A stretch of 64,000 bases of DNA from an uncultured virus (IMG/VR IMGVR_UViG_3300042867_001762) (Duplodnaviria; Heunggongvirae; Uroviricota; Caudoviricetes): IMG/VR virus record IMGVR_UViG_3300042867_001762; one strand, written 5' to 3'. Under the pieces are notes generated by a model that did no database searches, was not told where the DNA came from, and saw nothing but the letters and a program-made list of their open reading frames with translations. Shown here piece by piece: positions 17,792-27,358 of this stretch (its first letter is position 1; the number at the start of each line of letters is the position of its first letter). A program made the position numbers and the translations under genes.

Positions 17792-19195
17792 TCATGGCAT
17801 TGCTTGCCTGCCTTGCATCATAGGAGTGTTTGGTATGAATGGTGCTGCTACGGACATCGGTGGTGCTGCATCGGGAGCGACATCACTTTCGACACTGCCA
17901 GCATTAGCAGCTGCATCTGATACGCGTTTGAGTAGATCGCGGGTTACGCGACCGCCGCTAGCGGGATCGAAGGCGCTTATTGCTCCACGAGTATACTTGC
18001 CAACCAGACCGTCTTCTACTAGCTTGGCGGGCAGAGGCGTCTTGCCTGCTTCGTTAAGCTTGTTTAGGTTGACTTGAAGCTGACGAATGGCAGGAGAAGG
18101 TGCTACTTTTCGAGGTGCCTTGGCAGCAGCCAGTTCTTCAGTCGTTATCTCCATTACTGCCGGCGCAGACGAGGCAGCGGCAGCTACATCTGCGTCCATT
18201 TTTGCCTTCAATCCTCTGAACTTCTCTACTCCGTCTTGACCTAGCACGGGCAATGCAGCCGGATGCTTTATGATGTTGTTTATCAGATTCTCTATATTGA
18301 GGTATTTTTTGACCTTGGTCTCCATAGGCGTAGCAGGGTGGTCGATGATCTTGGCAGTCTTGTCAAATATCTCAATCATGTCTTTGAGCTGGCCAGCTTC
18401 AGCTGAAGCATCTTCTTTGGCTGACAAAGCTTGCTGGATCGCGTCTCCCAGCCCAGCTTCATTTATAGCGGTACCTATTACCCAACCTGCGAGGAGGGCT
18501 TTGCCCACAGGCGTTCCAGCGACTGTTGCGCCTGCTACGCCGCCTACAATCCCGCCTACCAGCTTTCCTGTATCTCCGCCTATAGCCTCGCCTATAGTTG
18601 CGCCAGCGTGAGTGCCTACTGCGCCGCCAAGAAGACCAGATACCATTCCGGGCTTAGCACCCTTAAGACCTGTCTTCCAAGAGTTGCTTGGGTCAGCTCT
18701 GTAGGCTTTTGCCTTGCCTGCTGCTTCTCCTACGGACCGGGCGCCCTCTTGGAGATTCGCCATTGCGCCTCTTACGCGAGCTTTGGCGGCCTCGATAATT
18801 TCTTTGCGTTGAGCTGCATTGGCCTTTTCCCAGCCAGGAGATTTACGAAGCTCTTTATCAAACTCTGCCCTCAGCTTCTTGTCGAGCTTCATCCTCTCTT
18901 TATGGATCTCTCTCTCCGCCTTCTGCGCCGATTCAGACCAGTCGCTAGGAGTTCTGGGCCTGCCTTGCTCTGCCGGAAAGTCCTTGATCTCTGGACCAAT
19001 ATCTAAATTTTTTGGCAGAGGCGGCTTTATCTGGGACATATCTCTTTTAGCAAGATCAGCTAACTGCTGTTTTTTTTGCTCGTTTAAATCAAAAGCCAGC
19101 TTAACAGCCAGCGAATCTATGCTATCCGCCAGATCATACAGTCCGCTCTCGTCCAGCTCATGCGCAATCTTTAACAAGTCTTTTGCAATCTTCAT
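17792..19195 (-). CDS. putative virion-associated protein: LDxxG leader, glycine-zipper segment, C-terminal peptidoglycan-binding-like domain
   Basis: IAHELDESGLYDLADSID; GGAVG/GGIVGG segments; IRQLQVNLN...LVEDGLVGKYTRGAI. Confidence 0.7.
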   Translation of the reverse strand: MKIAKDLLKIAHELDESGLYDLADSIDSLAVKLAFDLNEQKKQQLADLAKRDMSQIKPPLPKNLDIGPEIKDFPAEQGRPRTPSDWSESAQKAEREIHKERMKLDKKLRAEFDKELRKSPGWEKANAAQRKEIIEAAKARVRGAMANLQEGARSVGEAAGKAKAYRADPSNSWKTGLKGAKPGMVSGLLGGAVGTHAGATIGEAIGGDTGKLVGGIVGGVAGATVAGTPVGKALLAGWVIGTAINEAGLGDAIQQALSAKEDASAEAGQLKDMIEIFDKTAKIIDHPATPMETKVKKYLNIENLINNIIKHPAALPVLGQDGVEKFRGLKAKMDADVAAAASSAPAVMEITTEELAAAKAPRKVAPSPAIRQLQVNLNKLNEAGKTPLPAKLVEDGLVGKYTRGAISAFDPASGGRVTRDLLKRVSDAAANAGSVESDVAPDAAPPMSVAAPFIPNTPMMQGRQAMP

Positions 19196-19268
19196 GGCAT
19201 CTCCTCCGCTAATCCAGGAGAATTGCTAGATGCCGTACCAGTAAAAAGCGCGTTGGATAGCAATACAA

Positions 19269-19356
19269 TGGCGGGAAAAGTGAGAGTCGAACTCACGGTA
19301 CCTTGCGGTACGCCGGGTTAGTAATCCGGTGCCTTAAGCCACTCGGCCATTTTCCC
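19269..19356 (-). tRNA. tRNA-Ser with ACT anticodon
   Basis: GGGAAAA/TTTTCCC + G-CCA, long variable arm, anticodon arm CCGGA-TTACTAA-CCCGG. Confidence 0.85.
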
Positions 19357-19422
19357 AAGGCGCCATCATCTGTGGAATCGTCCACCTATTAAATCAATCC
19401 AAAATAAAACAGGTGACCACGC

Positions 19423-19698
19423 ATGATTAAAAAACTTTCTTCACTGGCCAACGAGCTAGACGCAGCTGGCGAATACGCAGCAGCCGACCGGATTGATTCG
19501 ATTATCGAATCCCTGACTAAGTCAGCCGGCAACCCAGATCAGCGCCATCCCGACTGGGTGGCCGCAGTCAGCGAGGCTCTGAAGCATTTTGATACGGGCA
19601 TGCAAATAATAATATCCAAGCAGATAACTATCCCGGCTGAGCTGTATGCAATGATATCAGAGTTGCGACGCCTAGTCAACGTCAACAAACCCCGTTAA
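19423..19698 (+). CDS. LDxxG-leader protein
   Basis: LANELDAAGEYAAADRIDSI; one of the few plus-strand genes. Confidence 0.75.
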   Translation: MIKKLSSLANELDAAGEYAAADRIDSIIESLTKSAGNPDQRHPDWVAAVSEALKHFDTGMQIIISKQITIPAELYAMISELRRLVNVNKPR

Positions 19699-19979
19699 TC
19701 TTGCAGCATCTTTGCTTGTAGGCTGCCGCCTTCTCGCCAGTAAAAGATTGCTTTAATATTATTGGCCACATCTCTGATCCCGCGAGTAATCACTCCTGGA
19801 CTGCGAACAATGCCAGTCACCTGCCCGTTGCTACAGCGGAACACTACTGCTGCTTCTGGCTTACAGGTGAAATCCTCCAGCAATTTGATAGGCAGATCGG
19901 CCCCAAATTCTTTCTGGATGACGGCCTGTAACTGCTGAGGATTGCCGTGGGTAATGGTTGTTTTCAAGTCAAGCTTCAT
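19695..19979 (-). CDS. MKL-family paralog (divergent)
   Basis: MKLDLK...LQAVIQKEFG. Confidence 0.6.
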   Translation of the reverse strand: MKLDLKTTITHGNPQQLQAVIQKEFGADLPIKLLEDFTCKPEAAVVFRCSNGQVTGIVRSPGVITRGIRDVANNIKAIFYWREGGSLQAKMLQD

Positions 19980-20613
19980 ACGTGCTCACGCTAATGCCAG
20001 TAGCTTCAATGCCAATGCTCCGAGCGACTGCCGCGGCAGCCAGATTGCGAAACAGCTTGGGAAAGTGCTGCGCCCAGATGGTACAGCCGTAGCGGTAAGT
20101 GGGAGACCCGCCTCCGCCTGTGCCGGTGCAAATGCCAATAGCTTTCAAGAAGTCGGTGGCCCGGCAGCCCCAATGCTCCTCTGACTTAATATCGCCCTTG
20201 AAGTGGATATTGCAAGAGATACCGGGATAGCTGCGCGGCACTCCCTCTTCGCCCGCTTCTCCACGCCCCCACCAGTTTGTGCTGCGGCCACGGGGCGCAG
20301 AGTGCGAGTTGCTGCAATTGCCAGCATAGATATCGCTAAAGCTAAAGTCAGTCAGCGTTGAGTTGGCGCCAGGATCATTCAGGAGGGCAAAGTCCAGGAA
20401 GAAAGAGCTATTATTTAGCCAGGCCTCTAGCTCCGCGATGGTCTCGCAGTTAGCTGCAAACTCATCGCCCGCAGCAATGATACGGGAACGACGGCGCTCG
20501 TACTGCTGGGTCTCGCGGCGGGCAAGCAGATGCTCTTGAAACTCTGCGCGATCCAAGAAGACCCTTCCTGTTTTACGGCACACCCAAACTGTTTGCTGGC
20601 GTCTCATTATCAC
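19969..20613 (-). CDS. hypothetical protein
   Basis: CSNSHSAPRG..TNW...SYPG, GTGGG. Confidence 0.7.
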   Translation of the reverse strand: MIMRRQQTVWVCRKTGRVFLDRAEFQEHLLARRETQQYERRRSRIIAAGDEFAANCETIAELEAWLNNSSFFLDFALLNDPGANSTLTDFSFSDIYAGNCSNSHSAPRGRSTNWWGRGEAGEEGVPRSYPGISCNIHFKGDIKSEEHWGCRATDFLKAIGICTGTGGGGSPTYRYGCTIWAQHFPKLFRNLAAAAVARSIGIEATGISVSTYEA

Positions 20614-20957
20614 TCCTTAGCAGGGGCATCAATCTTATAGCCGCGCGTCATCCAAGCCTGCGGCTGCATATGCTTAAGCCAATCCTCAATAGTAGGAACA
20701 CGGCCGCCGCAATCTTCTTTGATGTGTTGTTCTGCAATATAACGCACGGGTACCTTGCGCCCTTCGCTATTCACGATAGACTTGCCAAATACTCGCTCGG
20801 CCTCAAACACTCCAAAAGAATGGTGGCGCAGGGCGCGATGCCGGAAGTCGCAATACGCGATCTTCGTCTCATCGAGCCAGTCATGAATGGCTTGATAATC
20901 CTCAGCAGCGCCGCCAAAGATGCGTGCAGAGTTTTCAGCATGATGAATGGTATGCAC
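20610..20957 (-). CDS. DUF6915-like His-rich protein
   Basis: HHAENSARIFGG..EDYQAIHDWLDETK...DFRHRALRHHS; family name from memory, start GTG inferred. Confidence 0.7.
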   Translation of the reverse strand: MHTIHHAENSARIFGGAAEDYQAIHDWLDETKIAYCDFRHRALRHHSFGVFEAERVFGKSIVNSEGRKVPVRYIAEQHIKEDCGGRVPTIEDWLKHMQPQAWMTRGYKIDAPAKE

Positions 20958-20958
20958 A

Positions 20959-21375
20959 TCAGACCTCGTGCTCACTGGTTTTTTGCTCGGTATAATACTC
21001 GTTATGCGTCCAGTTGATCTTGCCGTTTTCGGTATCAAAGATGAACTCGCCGCTGCCGCCGTCATTATTTTCCCAGCCACCATGCTCGCGCTCGATCAGG
21101 TCGTAGCAATGCTGCTCGATTGCTTTTGCAAGCGGCATCGACTCTTCTACAATAGATTCATTCCAGCTCTCTCGGGCGCGGTCCCAGGCAGTCTTACTGT
21201 GAATGAATTTAACTTCCGGGCCGTCCCCCTTCATGCCTTCTACTTCGATTTCTTCAATACCACCGCTGTCGCCACTACCGCAGTAATATACTCGAACGTG
21301 GGGAAATGAGTGCTCCTTGAGGGCCTGAAGAATAGATTCACGATTAGCGAAAACCGAAGCATCCTTGATCTTCAT
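20959..21375 (-). CDS. DUF6878-like protein
   Basis: GSGDSGGIE...WENNDGGSG; family name from memory; first gene after the motif at 21408. Confidence 0.65.
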   Translation of the reverse strand: MKIKDASVFANRESILQALKEHSFPHVRVYYCGSGDSGGIEEIEVEGMKGDGPEVKFIHSKTAWDRARESWNESIVEESMPLAKAIEQHCYDLIEREHGGWENNDGGSGEFIFDTENGKINWTHNEYYTEQKTSEHEV

Positions 21376-21406
21376 AACATCCTTTGCCGTGGTTCGGGGT
21401 CGTCCT

Positions 21407-21982
21407 TCAGGATCGGGGCGGCCCGGCTTTAGGGCCGGGGCGCTCTACTAGCGTACCGGCGCGGGTCAGCAAAGCCTGTAGCTGTTCTTGCTTTGACTTA
21501 TCAAGCAGCTGCTTCCTGATGCTCCTTATGGCGCCGCCATAATACTTTCCTTGATTTTTTGCATCTTGCTCCCGATTGGAAGTTAGCTTGATGCCATATA
21601 GCGAATGAGCAACCGTAGACTGATTCAGACCGATCTCATTGGCGATCTCCCTCTGGGTCAAGCCAGAACCAAAATGCAACCGGATGCACTCCGCCTGCCT
21701 AGCGGTACAGCAGGTGGCTGCGATATGCAGCAGGAAGATCCAGAGATCTTCCTGGGTCAGGACTGGTAGCGCATCAATGGCACTGCAATCTGGAGCCAGA
21801 TTTATCTTGCTGTCTACGGGATCTGGGCTTGTGCACATTGCGGCAAATCTATTGCGGCTTACGGCAGCGGCATGACGAATATGCGCAGAGCACTTCGGCG
21901 AACAACAGCCGCCGGATCTACTGCGATCAGGCCTTGATACAAAAGCCCCGCAAATGCGGCACGAAAAGCTCACCTGGGTCAT
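21407..21982 (-). CDS. Zn-finger plus sigma-70 region-4-like HTH protein
   Basis: CRIC...CCSPKC; TARQAECIRLHFGSGLTQREIANEIGLNQSTVAHSL. Confidence 0.75.
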   Translation of the reverse strand: MTQVSFSCRICGAFVSRPDRSRSGGCCSPKCSAHIRHAAAVSRNRFAAMCTSPDPVDSKINLAPDCSAIDALPVLTQEDLWIFLLHIAATCCTARQAECIRLHFGSGLTQREIANEIGLNQSTVAHSLYGIKLTSNREQDAKNQGKYYGGAIRSIRKQLLDKSKQEQLQALLTRAGTLVERPGPKAGPPRS

Positions 21983-22094
21983 GATGATTTCCTAGGACTG
22001 GGACGTGTCGGGGTTGGCGTGCCAGTGCAATATCGTGTACGGATGGACATAGAAGTGGCTCAGGCGCGCAGTAAGAACCTCGTAGTCACAGCTA

Positions 22095-22406
22095 CTACTC
22101 AGTTTCATGCTTATCGACCAGCTGCACAATTACAAATGAGTCAGGCGTACCGGGCAAGGCATCGAGATCGTAGATGCCCATGAAATCCGATCTGTACTCC
22201 CGCCCTCCACACCTTATATAAATAATCGCAGCGAGATTGCGAGGAGTGGGCAGGTACAGCGACGCCTGACTGCGCTTGTATATTGAAGGACGTGTAGTCA
22301 TATCCCCGATTGCTGGCACGCCAAAGTGCCGTGAAAACGCACCGAGCACACCGGCCCAATCCCCCTCTCCGACTGCAATCTCGATCTCTACTCTACTAAG
22401 TTTCAT
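22095..22406 (-). CDS. MKL-family paralog
   Basis: MKLSRVEIEIAVGEGDWAGVLGAFSRHFG. Confidence 0.8.
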   Translation of the reverse strand: MKLSRVEIEIAVGEGDWAGVLGAFSRHFGVPAIGDMTTRPSIYKRSQASLYLPTPRNLAAIIYIRCGGREYRSDFMGIYDLDALPGTPDSFVIVQLVDKHETE

Positions 22407-22607
22407 TGCCGCCTTCCTGTACAGCAGGCGTCCACGGCACATCCGCTTCGCTGATAGCGCGATGCAGCTCGTCTATTAGCTCTGGCGGAGTAGGATAGTC
22501 AACCCAGTCTTTCAGCCTAGTCAGCAGATGAACCAGTCGCAGATACTCAGCATATGACACAGTGCAGTTACAAGCCTCAATCGGCCCGCAAGAAGAGCAT
22601 GAGAGTT

Positions 22608-22931
22608 TCATTGGGCGCACACCTCTTTCTTGAAGGCAATAAGAATTGAAACTATTTCTTCATGCCGGCAAGCCGCAATATCCGCATCTAATTGCCGCAG
22701 ATTGTCAACGCTTAGCGCGTACGGATCGGGCCAAAATGCAGGCAAACCTATTCCGGTATTACGAGCAGCAAAGCTAACGCCAACTCGCTCATGATTCTGC
22801 ATGACTATGTAAATAGCCCTGCCGTACCAATAGGTCATGTGATCAGAGCGAAGGGCATACACACGCCCTTCTGACCCAGAAACCCAGTCTTCAAGGACTA
22901 GCCGGATGGCCCCGTCACGCAGTTTCATCAC
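22608..22931 (-). CDS. hypothetical protein
   Basis: MKLRDGAIRLVL. Confidence 0.6.
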   Translation of the reverse strand: MMKLRDGAIRLVLEDWVSGSEGRVYALRSDHMTYWYGRAIYIVMQNHERVGVSFAARNTGIGLPAFWPDPYALSVDNLRQLDADIAACRHEEIVSILIAFKKEVCAQ

Positions 22932-23127
22932 AGTCCTCTCGCCGACTAATCTCTACTAACTCGCCTAGAGCATCTTCAGCCAGGAGACGGAGAGGCAGCA
23001 CATGCGAGTAGCCTGCTGTAAAAGCGTCCATATATTCCTGCATTGTCTGAAGCGTGGAATCTTCAAATCTATATAGTACGCGCCCGTACCGATCCTGTAT
23101 CTGGTAGTTGCCGGTCCACAGTTTCAT
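22915..23127 (-). CDS. MKL/VLG-family small protein
   Basis: MKLWTGNYQIQD...PLRLLAEDALGELVEI. Confidence 0.65.
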   Translation of the reverse strand: MKLWTGNYQIQDRYGRVLYRFEDSTLQTMQEYMDAFTAGYSHVLPLRLLAEDALGELVEISRREDCDETA

Positions 23128-23172
23128 GTCTTTCTCGCTAATAATAATCACGAGTCTATCAAGGGAGCGACC

Positions 23173-24201
23173 ATGTCAATTAAGAAAATAATGGAAGATA
23201 TTCGCATCGTAGCGGCAGACTTAGATGCCGCAGGTCTAGAAAAAGCGGCAGACGCTTGCGACGCAATCCTAGAAGAAGTGCTCGTCTCAGTAGCAAAAGA
23301 GACCAAGATAAAGACAAGGACATGGAGCGCTGGGTCAAAGGGAGCCAGTGGAGCCAAGACCCGTACTAAAATTATAAATCCTAGCAAAGCACGCACGCGC
23401 ATACCAACTGCCGCAGGCATAGTTGGTGGCATAGCAGGCGCAGTAGCAGGAGGGATAGTCGGCGATCAATCTGGCTCGTCGCACTCAGAGAAAGAATGGA
23501 ATGCCAACCTAGCAGGAAATGCGGGAGCAGTTGGCGGGGAAATGCTTGCTGGAGAAGCAGCCAAGCGGCTGATGTCAGGTCCGGGAGCAGCTACGGCAAG
23601 AGGGCTTGTTGGCCGATTACCGGGCGCCGCCGGAGGGCTGGCGGGCAGTATGGTTGGCGAGCAGATCGGCTATGAATTGGGAGGAGAGACTGGCGGCGTA
23701 GCAGGGGCTATAGGCGGCTGGGCAGCAGGCGCCAAGGCCACCGAGATGGCAGGTGCTGGACTTGCCGCAGCCAAAGGCACTCTGGCCGGTGCTGGCGCAG
23801 CAGGAGCCGCTGGCGTTGCTCTAGCAGGGGCGCTAGGGGTTGCAGTCGGAACCTTACTAGTCAAAGCCTTTCCCTCTCTCGGGTCTTTCGGCGCCGGCTG
23901 GGTCCAGAAGGCAATTGGTACGCATGACGAGACACTTACCGATCAGATTTGGGGATGGCTTGAGGCGGCCATGAATTCACAAAACGCTGATGATGTAATC
24001 AGGAACCTCAGCAAAGCTCAGCTGGGCCTCGATATGTATGAAAAAGAATACGCAGGGGAGCTGAACCGAAAAGAGCTAGATGGCGTTGCCAATATGATGA
24101 ATGCAATTGGCGCGGTGCGAGGAGCCCTGCCCCAAGAAATGCAAGACCTGTTCGATCAGAGATCGGCAAAGATGGGACGAACACTAAGACGGAAGAAATA
24201 A
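23173..24201 (+). CDS. LDxxG-leader Gly/Ala-rich glycine-zipper protein, putative virion protein
   Basis: VAADLDAAGLEKAADACD; long GxxxG hydrophobic stretch; GGGAG RBS. Confidence 0.75.
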   Translation: MSIKKIMEDIRIVAADLDAAGLEKAADACDAILEEVLVSVAKETKIKTRTWSAGSKGASGAKTRTKIINPSKARTRIPTAAGIVGGIAGAVAGGIVGDQSGSSHSEKEWNANLAGNAGAVGGEMLAGEAAKRLMSGPGAATARGLVGRLPGAAGGLAGSMVGEQIGYELGGETGGVAGAIGGWAAGAKATEMAGAGLAAAKGTLAGAGAAGAAGVALAGALGVAVGTLLVKAFPSLGSFGAGWVQKAIGTHDETLTDQIWGWLEAAMNSQNADDVIRNLSKAQLGLDMYEKEYAGELNRKELDGVANMMNAIGAVRGALPQEMQDLFDQRSAKMGRTLRRKK

Positions 24202-24227
24202 AAGAGGCGCAACGCGCCTCTCTTTTT
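24200..24227. terminator. bidirectional intrinsic terminator between convergent genes
   Basis: AAAAGAGGCGC-AAC-GCGCCTCTCTTTTT. Confidence 0.75.
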
Positions 24228-24246
24228 ATCATTATGGCCACTGCAA

Positions 24247-24978
24247 TCAGTCCATGGCGATATCGTCTTTGATCTCCACAAGTGCTTTTTCTAGTGATCT
24301 TAGCGCCTGCATTTGCTCTGGCGCAGCTTCGTAACCAGGCTCTTTGCCTATCTTGCCGCGAATATCTTTTACTTTCAAAAGCCCGTAATCCGCGATGCGA
24401 TTAACAGCGGCATCATCCTTGTCGGCCGCTCTTTCTACCATTGCCTTGAGTGCCTGCATCTCTGTGTCAAGACGCTCGCTATCATTGGAGCTCTGCATAA
24501 AGTAACCAGCTATGGCCGCAGCCGCTACGCCTACTGCTGCAATAATCGCAGCCGCTTTTCCCTTTGGCATATGGCCGATGCCGGCTGGAGATGGCTTCAC
24601 CTTAGAGACAGCGCCTGCTATAGATGGCGAAGGGCTCATCTTTGCTCGAAGTCTTTTCTCTTGCAGCATTTCTGACATCTTTATTTCTTCGGGAATAGAA
24701 ATACCCATTCTGCCCGGCCGAGTATCTCCAAGGCCCGAATTTTTCATGCCTATGTCTTCCAGATACTTAGAAAACTGCTTGTCACTGCCATTAGGAAATA
24801 ACTTCAGAAAACTATCAACTAGATGTTGACGCAGCTCATCACTAACTGCCCTTGGGGCTGCCGAGGAAATTATTTTATTTGCAATGCCGTCAACCCGGTC
24901 TGCAAGTCCACGCTTTCCAAGCGCATCCAACTGGCTGGCAACCGCGTATAGATCCTGCGCAAACTTCTTATAGCTCAT
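24247..24978 (-). CDS. LDxxG-leader protein with one hydrophobic segment
   Basis: VASQLDALGKRGLADRVD; AAAIIAAVGVAAAAIAGYF. Confidence 0.75.
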   Translation of the reverse strand: MSYKKFAQDLYAVASQLDALGKRGLADRVDGIANKIISSAAPRAVSDELRQHLVDSFLKLFPNGSDKQFSKYLEDIGMKNSGLGDTRPGRMGISIPEEIKMSEMLQEKRLRAKMSPSPSIAGAVSKVKPSPAGIGHMPKGKAAAIIAAVGVAAAAIAGYFMQSSNDSERLDTEMQALKAMVERAADKDDAAVNRIADYGLLKVKDIRGKIGKEPGYEAAPEQMQALRSLEKALVEIKDDIAMD

Positions 24979-25341
24979 TGTAATGCTCCTAAATATCTAA
25001 ACAAGTGCCCCAAAAGACCGGACACTTTGATAGACAACGGAACATTTATTACAGCCGGCTAAGACCTTGCGCCGAGCAGCTCATGCTCTACAATAGAAAT
25101 ATAGCCGCCGTTATTTTTCCAGAAGCCCTCTTTCACTTTGCTGAATTCAAGGCAGGGGTCGTTCCACCACGAATCCTCCGCCCGGTAAGCCGCTAGCTGG
25201 TCCGCCTCCTCTTTCAACAGGGAGGTCACGGCAACGAGCGCCGACTCTCGGCTAGCGTGAACGGAATGTAAATCGCCGCCCTCGTAGAGGCAGCCGTGCA
25301 TTACTGCGTAGACTTTCATACGGGTGGGTCCTTGTGTCTTG

Positions 25342-25974
25342 TTACGCGGGCAGCACACTGCCGCTCTCGGCCTCTTTGGCATATTGCGCCGCCACGAGCT
25401 TGCCAACTACCTTGTGCAATCCTGGGTTTACCGCAAGTGCCTCTGGAATAATGTTATTACGAATTCTATTCCTGGCGTACTTAGTATCTTCATTACTCTT
25501 GTCGTGGACATATGGCACGCTATGGCGGCAGCACCAATCCATTAATTCAGATTTCTTGGTCATCATAAATGGCCGGATGACGTTCCTGTTTCGGATCGGC
25601 ATTACGGAGGGCTTGCCATGCAGTGCGCTGAGCAGCCATGATTCCATATTATCATCGAGATGATGCGCCATGACAACTGTTCCGGGGATACCGTGAAGAA
25701 AGGCATAGCGTTGAATTCTCCAGAATTCTTCTGGTGACTCGTCGCGCTGCCTGTCCCTAAGCAAGTTGCCAACAGACAGCTCTAGATTGTTGTCGGCGCA
25801 ATACTGCTTGACAAACTGGTAAGCTTCCTCTCCGTGCTCCGTGCCGTGGTGCATGTAGGCAACCCTAGGTCTGGTTTTTCTTTGTGAAAGAAAATGAAGT
25901 ACCGCCATGCTGTCAACGCCTCCGCTGCAAGCGACGGTAACATCTAAAGGAATTTTAAGCTTGAATTTAATCAT
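25342..25974 (-). CDS. tilS: tRNA(Ile)-lysidine synthetase, N-terminal PP-loop domain only
   Basis: VACSGGVDS, R..RY, AHHLDD..E, IRP, D.SN....YARNRIR; directly downstream of a CAT-anticodon tRNA. Confidence 0.85.
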   Translation of the reverse strand: MIKFKLKIPLDVTVACSGGVDSMAVLHFLSQRKTRPRVAYMHHGTEHGEEAYQFVKQYCADNNLELSVGNLLRDRQRDESPEEFWRIQRYAFLHGIPGTVVMAHHLDDNMESWLLSALHGKPSVMPIRNRNVIRPFMMTKKSELMDWCCRHSVPYVHDKSNEDTKYARNRIRNNIIPEALAVNPGLHKVVGKLVAAQYAKEAESGSVLPA

Positions 25975-25982
25975 TGTAAATA

Positions 25983-26011
25983 GCCCTCCCCGGTTATTGG
26001 CCGGGGAGGGC
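25983..26011. other. GC-rich hairpin between the tRNA and tilS
   Basis: GCCCTCCCCGG-TTATTGG-CCGGGGAGGGC. Confidence 0.6.
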
Positions 26012-26015
26012 GCAA

Positions 26016-26093
26016 TGGTCCGCTGTGTAGGACTCGAACCTACATATCTTCCCGTTATGAGCGGGCTGCCGTCACCAATTTAGCTAACAGCGG
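26016..26093 (-). tRNA. tRNA with CAT anticodon, probably Ile2 (lysidine substrate)
   Basis: CCGCTGT/ACAGCGG + A-CCA; CCCG-CTCATAA-CGGG; lacks the initiator GGG/CCC and C1:A72 features; next to tilS. Confidence 0.85.
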
Positions 26094-26251
26094 AAAACTT
26101 CTGATAAATCCTTACACCATTCTACAAACTTTTCAAACTCTTCTCCGACGAATTTTGGATTGTGCTTGCCCATATCCTTGACGACATAAGACCTGTATCC
26201 GTGCTCGCATATGTTTATTACAGTGCCGGACTACTGCTTGCTATGAAATCC

Positions 26252-26551
26252 CTACTTATATACTCTGTACAGGCCTAGCTTCGGATCGCAGAAGTATGCA
26301 GCTCGGCTTACTGATCGAAAGCCGTACAGGGTGGACCACTCGAACACTAAGAACGTCCCCCATATCTGGGCGGCCAACACTCCTTCTTTGTCATCGTCTT
26401 GCAAGGCGTAGTCGCTACGATGGCTATCCATAACGCTTATTACTGGATCAGCGGGGATGGCTAAGTCGAAGTGCTCGGCAATCCTCCCGATGATTACCTC
26501 GTATCGGCCTTCGCCAAACAGCAGTATCATTTCCCCTGTTTCGAGTTTCAC
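26252..26551 (-). CDS. MKL-family paralog
   Basis: MKLETGEMILLFGEGRYEVIIGRIAEHF...EWSTLYGF. Confidence 0.75.
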   Translation of the reverse strand: MKLETGEMILLFGEGRYEVIIGRIAEHFDLAIPADPVISVMDSHRSDYALQDDDKEGVLAAQIWGTFLVFEWSTLYGFRSVSRAAYFCDPKLGLYRVYK

Positions 26552-26615
26552 GTCGTCCTTCGCCGCTTCAGGATCGGGCCGGGCCGCCTTTAGGGCCGGG
26601 CGGTCCTGCTACCGA

Positions 26616-26807
26616 TTACTCCCAGCCGTGTTGCGTGCAGACATACTCCCCGCAAATTTTTCCTTTGGGTTCGCAAGCCCCACAGGCTCTCTCCAGTGTA
26701 TCGGCCTTAGTTGCTTCTATGGCGCCCACGATAATTGCGAGAGCAGCTAGTGTAGTGAGAAGGCTCCCGATCAAAAACGGCACAATGTCATCGCTATCCA
26801 TGTTCAC
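26616..26807 (-). CDS. small membrane protein, Cys-rich C-terminus
   Basis: One hydrophobic segment then C..C...C....C. Confidence 0.5.
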   Translation of the reverse strand: MNMDSDDIVPFLIGSLLTTLAALAIIVGAIEATKADTLERACGACEPKGKICGEYVCTQHGWE

Positions 26808-26808
26808 C

Positions 26809-27294
26809 TCACGAGTTATTTGACTGTGATGCGGCTCGCGCCTGTTGTAGCCGCAACCGGAATCTGCGGCTGATGCGTAGCGCGTCCCTGCGAATACCTG
26901 CCAAAAACTTTACCTCAGCATCGCTCGCAAGCGCCTCTTGAATTCTTACGCGAATTGCCTTGGGCGGCCGGGTACGCAAGATCTCCTGGTAAGCGCGCAC
27001 CTCACGAGCAGAAAGAACGCGGGTGTTTGCCAGCCCTAACTCGTAGCGAAATTGCCCGCCGTTATTGCTGATCAGGAAAGCTTGGCCGCTGTACTCGTAC
27101 CATTCGCGCTTGGCAATACGATCCCAGAACCAGCCGTCGCGGTGCATGATAGGTTGGTACGGAGGATAGCGATTCTCCTCCCTACCGTCCTCTTCGTCCA
27201 CGTAATACATCATCCATGGCTGGAGAGGCATGACAGCAATGCTGCGGTACATATGTATTCCTCCGTATACTGCAAAGCTCACGCCCGTATGCAA
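26809..27294 (-). CDS. hypothetical protein
   Basis: Probable start at MYRSI after a GGAGG RBS. Confidence 0.6.
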   Translation of the reverse strand: MHTGVSFAVYGGIHMYRSIAVMPLQPWMMYYVDEEDGREENRYPPYQPIMHRDGWFWDRIAKREWYEYSGQAFLISNNGGQFRYELGLANTRVLSAREVRAYQEILRTRPPKAIRVRIQEALASDAEVKFLAGIRRDALRISRRFRLRLQQARAASQSNNS

Positions 27295-27358
27295 GTGCCA
27301 TCAGCGGTCGTATGCCATGCTTTTGGTCTTTTAACTCCGCAAGAAGAACAGGGATATT

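Noticed and set aside
19269..19356. Amber suppressor (CTA) reading of the serine tRNA and a recoded genetic code
   Set aside because: The centred anticodon is ACT, and TAG ends many genes normally. The single TAG in the deaminase frame is better explained by a one-base insertion.
26016..26093. Initiator tRNA-fMet
   Set aside because: It has a paired C1-G72 and lacks three consecutive G-C pairs in the anticodon stem.
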